Shown here: positions 45,818 to 49,744 of the stretch, piece by piece
Position numbering within the stretch: position 1 is the stretch's first letter
Layout: each line of letters starts with the position of its first letter
Assembly: GCA_964349825.1 (NCBI GenBank)
Contig: CAYGHM010000004.1
Location: 1 to 49,744 of the forward strand
DNA from: an uncultured Gammaproteobacteria bacterium
GTDB taxonomy: Bacteria; Patescibacteriota; Patescibacteriia; Magasanikbacterales; UBA922
DNA length: 49,744 nucleotides
Direction: 5' to 3'
Made by a program: the position numbers and the translations under genes
Notes under the pieces: generated by a model
Seen by the model: the letters and a program-made list of their open reading frames with translations, nothing else
The model's database searches: none
Told to the model about the DNA's origin: nothing

Positions 45818-46090
45818 TTGTCTTAGATATTATCTCAAAATAAAAATCTAATTCTGCCCGACAAATTTTTGTCGGTAAAGTACCTGATCCAACATTGCAG
45901 ATTGAACAAATTACAATCGGGAGATCGTTTCCATATCATCAAAACGATAGAAAATTTTTAAATTTTTTAATAATATACAACTTCAAGTTGATTCATTTAC
46001 ATTCATTTTTGATAGAAACAACTATGAAATGATGGTTGTCTCTACCTCCCCGTTATGATACACTCCCCTCCATACTATTAAATTTTCTCT

Positions 46091-46714
46091 ATGGAAAATA
46101 ATCATCGTCGAGTCGGTATTATCGTAGCGTTTGTTATTGTTGTACTCGCGCTCATCGTAGGAGGTATTACTTGGAAAAATAAACAAGAATCAACGCAACT
46201 TGCTGCAACATACAAAGAATTGCTTGCCCAGGAAGGCGCGAGAGCACAGATAAAAGAAGAAGCTGCTGCATGGCAAGTATTTACTCCAGAAACAGAAACG
46301 TTTAGTGTTACTTTTCCAGGAAAACCGGAATTTAAAACACAAACCATGGCTCTTCCTAACAATACGGACCAAGCAGTGTTTAATTCATATGAAGTAATTG
46401 ATGTCGATGCTGCAATGTACGGCGTATATGAAATTTCTGGTATATCATTTACCGGCAATCAAGCTGATCTTGAAAATGCATTAGCAAATTATATAAAATC
46501 AAATAGTAAATATATCCTTGTATCTTCAGCTCCAAGTACATTTTTAGGACATACAGCATTAGACTTTCTTATCCAAGTACAGGGTAATTATTATCTAAAA
46601 GGAAAGTACGTGGCCACAGATGATCGTTTGTATCAAATTAATGTATTGTATGATAAAAGTACCTATAATGAAGCGACATTTGATACATTTGTGAATTCAT
46701 TTAAGGTAGAGTAG
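46091..46714 (+). CDS. Hypothetical protein with an N-terminal TM anchor (207 aa)
   Basis: VGIIVAFVIVVLALIVGGI helix, then a beta-rich domain (FSVTFPGKPEF..). A TGATACACT box lies at 46056-64. Confidence 0.5.
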   Translation: MENNHRRVGIIVAFVIVVLALIVGGITWKNKQESTQLAATYKELLAQEGARAQIKEEAAAWQVFTPETETFSVTFPGKPEFKTQTMALPNNTDQAVFNSYEVIDVDAAMYGVYEISGISFTGNQADLENALANYIKSNSKYILVSSAPSTFLGHTALDFLIQVQGNYYLKGKYVATDDRLYQINVLYDKSTYNEATFDTFVNSFKVE

Positions 46715-46736
46715 GACCACGATAAGAGTATTGAAA

Positions 46737-46770
46737 AATAACCAACATATACGTGTTGGTTATTTATTTA
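46737..46770 (+). terminator. Intrinsic terminator
   Basis: Stem ATAACCAACA/TGTTGGTTAT with loop TATACG, followed by a T-rich tract. Confidence 0.65.
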
Positions 46771-46804
46771 CTTTTTTGCATAAATTTCGTATAATATACG
46801 GTAT

Positions 46805-47221
46805 ATGCAAGATTTTTCATCGCAATCTACGGCTTTCCCTATGTCTTTCAATCATTCTGAGCAGAGTGCTTGGCAAGGAGCGAGCCAAGAGGGGCAGCTG
46901 GCAATGGATGTATTTGAGACAGAGACGGAGGTGTTGATTGTTTCTCCTATGGCAGGGGTGAGTTCTGAAACGATTGATGTCCAGGTGCACAATAATGACC
47001 TACTCACGATCCGTGGTGAACGGCATTTGCCAGTAAAAAAAGGAACTGATATGATCCCTGTACATCAGGAATGTTTTTGGGGTAAATTTTCTCGTACCGT
47101 GGTCCTTCCCGTCCATGTGAGAGGAGACGCCGCAAAGGCAGATTATAAAAATGGCGTATTAACTGTCCGTATACCCAAATACCGCCCGCATGCGTCTATT
47201 CCTATTGAGATCGTAGAGTAA
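46805..47221 (+). CDS. Hsp20/alpha-crystallin family small heat-shock protein
   Basis: Alpha-crystallin domain: AMDVFETETEVLIVSPMAGV, DVQVHNNDLLTIRGER, GKFSRTVVLP and ADYKNGVLTVRIPK. A TATAAT box at 46790-95 ends 9 nt before the ATG. Confidence 0.9.
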   Translation: MQDFSSQSTAFPMSFNHSEQSAWQGASQEGQLAMDVFETETEVLIVSPMAGVSSETIDVQVHNNDLLTIRGERHLPVKKGTDMIPVHQECFWGKFSRTVVLPVHVRGDAAKADYKNGVLTVRIPKYRPHASIPIEIVE

Positions 47222-47312
47222 TTATAGGCATTACAAAAAATATACTTATCAATATAATTTTTCTTCTGTGGAATTACCTCTCCCAAATCTTCCGACAAGT
47301 TCAAACGCCTCC

Positions 47313-49226
47313 ATGTCTCCAGCCGCAAAACGCGCGCTGATTTCTTTGGTCATCTTTGTGGGCGTTGTGGTGGTAACAATCTCTGGCGCGCTCGTGTATG
47401 CGAGTAATTATACGGACAAAGTTCTGCCTGGGATCTTTGTGGAAAGTATTCCTGTTGGAAAGATGACTCGAGATGAGGTAAAAAATTATTTTGATGGACT
47501 TGATAAAAAACTGTCTCATGAGCCGATTCATTTATCGGTTGATATGAACGATGTGACACAACAGGTCGTATTCAGCCCAGAGCAGGGAACACATAGTATT
47601 GTTCGTCTTGATTCTGATAAGATTGCAGACTATCTTATTTCATTTGGAAAACAAGGAAATGTTTTTGTGCGCGCGTGGCAGGTGTTCAATTCTTCCTTGC
47701 ATATGAGGTTGCCGACTGATTTTGTGGTTGTATATGAAGAAGAACTATTAGGATCTCTAAAAAGAGAATTGGGGCAATTTGAAACCAAGGCTGAAGATGC
47801 TCAACTGACAATTACTTCAATTGATCCGTATGCATTTACCGTAACGCCGTCAGTTATTGGTCTAGAATTTAATTATCAGACAATAGCAAAAGAAATTGAA
47901 CAGCGTTGGTTTGTATTACAGGCACCGACACTCACCGTAAAGCCGCAAATGACCACCCCTCAGATTTCAGAAGCACAGGTAACTCAGGCAGCTGAAGCAG
48001 GAAAAAATATTTTGGCACAGGGAAATATCTCGTTTACTTATCATGATGAACACACAAAACGTGATTTGACCTGGAAGGCGACACCGACACAGATTGCCAA
48101 ATGGCTTCAGCCACAGAGCAGGGAAGGGGATACCTCTATCGTTCTCGGCGCTGAACAGTTGACGGTTGAAGAATATTTAAAACAAACTATTGAACCATCT
48201 ATTCACCGCGAACCTCGTGACGCGAAGTTTTCTATGGTGGATGGAAAAGTTGTAGAATTTTTGGGATCTCAATCAGGGACAACACTGAAATACGAAGAAG
48301 CATATCAGGCGATTAACACGCTTCTTGTTGATCGTTCTATCGGAGGCAATACGGTGACAAGTACGATTGCTTTAGCAGTGACCACTATTGAACCAGAAAT
48401 AACAACAGGGGAAGTAAATGATCTTGGCATCGAAGATGTTCTGGGTGTTGGTTATTCTTCTTATAAAGGAAGTCCTGCCAATCGTATAAAAAATATTCGT
48501 TTTGCTGTTACCAAAAAATTAAATGGAATTATCGTCAAACCAGGAGAAATTTTTTCCATGTTAGATTCGTTGAAGCCGTTTACTATTGAAGGAGGCTATC
48601 TTCCAGAATTAGTTATTAAAGGGGATCGTATTAAACCTGAGATCGGCGGTGGTTTATGTCAGGTGGGAAGTACTATGTTCCGCGCAGCAATGAATTCCGG
48701 CCTTTCTATAGAAGAACGACGTAATCATTCTCTGGTCGTAAGTTATTACAATGATCCGCGCAATAATATGCCGGGAGCGGACGCAACGATTTATGACCCT
48801 GCGCCAGATTTTAAATTCAAAAATGATACAGATTCAAATATTTTGATTACCACGGAGATGAATGAAAAAACACAAGAGCTGTTTTTCACTCTTTGGGGCA
48901 AAAGCGATGGAAGAAAAGGGCATTATGATCCGCCAATCTTGCACAAATGGATTCCTGCTGGCCCTACGCAGGAAGTAATGACCGATGAACTAGCTCCGGG
49001 ACAGAAAAAATGTCAGGAACCGCATCCTGGTGCGGTGGCATCGCTGGCTTATTATATAGATAAGCCAAATGGGGAGACCATAAAGCGTGTATTTGAAAGT
49101 TATTATCGGCCATTGCCTCGCATTTGCTTGGTAGGTGGCATACCAGTCCCACCAACTTCCCCTGATGTGGTCACACCGATCGTCCCTGCCCCAGGTCCAG
49201 CCGATACAGCCATTCCTATAGAATAG
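47313..49226 (+). CDS. VanW-family protein with an N-terminal TM anchor
   Basis: TM helix ALISLVIFVGVVVVTISGAL. VanW core GGGLCQVGSTMFRAAMNSGLSIEERRNHSLVVSYY. Pro-rich C-terminus. The start could instead be GTG 47268. Confidence 0.85.
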   Translation: MSPAAKRALISLVIFVGVVVVTISGALVYASNYTDKVLPGIFVESIPVGKMTRDEVKNYFDGLDKKLSHEPIHLSVDMNDVTQQVVFSPEQGTHSIVRLDSDKIADYLISFGKQGNVFVRAWQVFNSSLHMRLPTDFVVVYEEELLGSLKRELGQFETKAEDAQLTITSIDPYAFTVTPSVIGLEFNYQTIAKEIEQRWFVLQAPTLTVKPQMTTPQISEAQVTQAAEAGKNILAQGNISFTYHDEHTKRDLTWKATPTQIAKWLQPQSREGDTSIVLGAEQLTVEEYLKQTIEPSIHREPRDAKFSMVDGKVVEFLGSQSGTTLKYEEAYQAINTLLVDRSIGGNTVTSTIALAVTTIEPEITTGEVNDLGIEDVLGVGYSSYKGSPANRIKNIRFAVTKKLNGIIVKPGEIFSMLDSLKPFTIEGGYLPELVIKGDRIKPEIGGGLCQVGSTMFRAAMNSGLSIEERRNHSLVVSYYNDPRNNMPGADATIYDPAPDFKFKNDTDSNILITTEMNEKTQELFFTLWGKSDGRKGHYDPPILHKWIPAGPTQEVMTDELAPGQKKCQEPHPGAVASLAYYIDKPNGETIKRVFESYYRPLPRICLVGGIPVPPTSPDVVTPIVPAPGPADTAIPIE

Positions 49227-49233
49227 CCTTTAA

Positions 49234-49258
49234 CCCTCCTCTCACAGGAGGGTTTTTT
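49234..49258 (+). terminator. Intrinsic terminator after the VanW gene
   Basis: CCCTCCT-CTCAC-AGGAGGG followed by TTTTTT. Confidence 0.8.
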
Positions 49259-49323
49259 ATACCCCCATTGTTGATATTTTTGGCTAATTTAAGCCTTTTT
49301 TGTTATTTCCTCCCCAGCCCCCC

Positions 49324-49352
49324 TTGACAAAGATGGTTCTTTGTGCTATAAT
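49324..49352 (+). promoter_or_regulatory. Full consensus sigma-70 promoter: TTGACA, 17-nt spacer, TGc, TATAAT
   Basis: TTGACA at 49324-29, a 17-nt spacer, TG at 49344-45 and TATAAT at 49347-52. This is the best promoter match in the window. Confidence 0.7.
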
Positions 49353-49357
49353 GCTCA

Positions 49358-49737
49358 GTTGTCATAAAGACAGTCAATCCAAGCCAGTAACACTATACTA
49401 TATATACCAAAAGACTGGACCGAAGACGAAATATAATGACAATTGTGGAGATCTAGAGCAAATACTTGGTTTAAAAGGAGACTGATAAAGCAAGTACCTC
49501 TCAAGACCTTCATCCTGTGCCCGGGGATGTAGAAAGCTGTGTTCGTTTCGATCCAAGTGGTCAAAAACGAACTTGCCTTTCTGCATCCACGACAAGCATG
49601 GGGGTGTGCTTATAGGCTTTGGCTGGCTCAGGCTCGCGATAGACCAATGACACACCTTCTTGGATGCAGTATCCCACTTCGGTGGAATAAACCCAAACAT
49701 CATAAGTCCCCGGCATTTGTCCGGGGCTTTGTTATTT
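49358..49737 (+). ncRNA. Candidate structured non-coding RNA of unknown class (about 380 nt)
   Basis: Lies between the consensus promoter and a terminator. No plus-strand ORF of 60 aa or more. Perfect helices: CTGCATCCA/TGGATGCAG (49581-89 with 49661-69), GTTCGTTT/AAACGAAC (49541-48 with 49565-72), GGTGTG/CACACC, CCAC-UUCG-GTGG (49674-85) and TTGTCAT/ATGACAA. Confidence 0.4.
49708..49737 (+). terminator. Intrinsic terminator (or riboswitch-type attenuator) at the end of the structured region
   Basis: CCCCGG-CATTTGT-CCGGGG followed by CTTTGTTATTT. Confidence 0.6.
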
Positions 49738-49744
49738 ATAAACA

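Noticed and set aside
46040-46075. CTCCCCTCC-like sequences as a possible attR repeat of the tRNA-Ser(GCU) 3' end
   Set aside because: There is only a loose pyrimidine-rich resemblance to TCCCTCCCTCTCCGCC and no exact repeat of 12 nt or more. This is insufficient to define island boundaries.
49587-49616. Resemblance of CCACGACAAGCATGGGGGTGTGCTTATAGG to the RNase P RNA 3' P4 region (CCACGACAGAACCCGGCUUAUCGG in E. coli M1)
   Set aside because: There is no GAGGAAAGUCC-type 5' P4 strand upstream. The only AAGTCCCC lies downstream, which is the wrong order, and no GGUAAGAGCGCACC-like CR-II was found. This is probably coincidence.
49398-49703. 101-aa minus-strand ORF in the terminal structured region
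   Set aside because: There is no SD or promoter context and the composition is odd (rich in Ser, Pro, Trp, Cys and His). The region is bracketed by a + strand consensus promoter and a + strand terminator. This was rejected with only moderate confidence.

Overview
AT-rich bacterial window, about 35-43% GC by hand counts of a few 60-nt lines. Nearly all genes are on the + strand. Gene content and style fit a reduced Candidate Phyla Radiation/Patescibacteria-type genome, but that placement is inference because no rRNA is present. Style here means giant surface proteins, few Shine-Dalgarno sites and many TGnTAnnnT extended -10 boxes. Content in order: tsf; a 1,778-aa Gly-rich surface protein; and a lower-glycolysis set (gap, pgk, eno, two tandem gpmI) that lacks tpiA. 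That set is split by a SIMPL-like gene, a tandemly duplicated two-gene module of unknown function, and a roughly 0.8-kb GC-rich foreign-looking island. Next come an M23 peptidase/beta-helix fusion, rsmA, and a large same-strand block. The block holds a 2,848-aa protein with about 100 cysteines and a TrbJ/VirB5-like N-terminus, a second GC-rich island with a minus-strand lipoprotein-like gene, VirB6/TrbL-like, PrgI/VirB3-like, VirB4 and VirB8-like candidates, and comFC directly after them. Downstream lie two tRNA-Ser genes, an AT-rich islet with a gene carrying an RNxxxH (HEPN-like) motif, hsp20, a VanW-family gene, and a consensus promoter driving a roughly 380-nt highly structured non-coding region. 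The best candidate for a novel system is the T4SS-like core with no relaxase or coupling protein, together with the giant Cys-rich protein and comFC. It could be a DNA-uptake or host-contact apparatus. All family calls rest on motifs recognised by eye; no searches were run.
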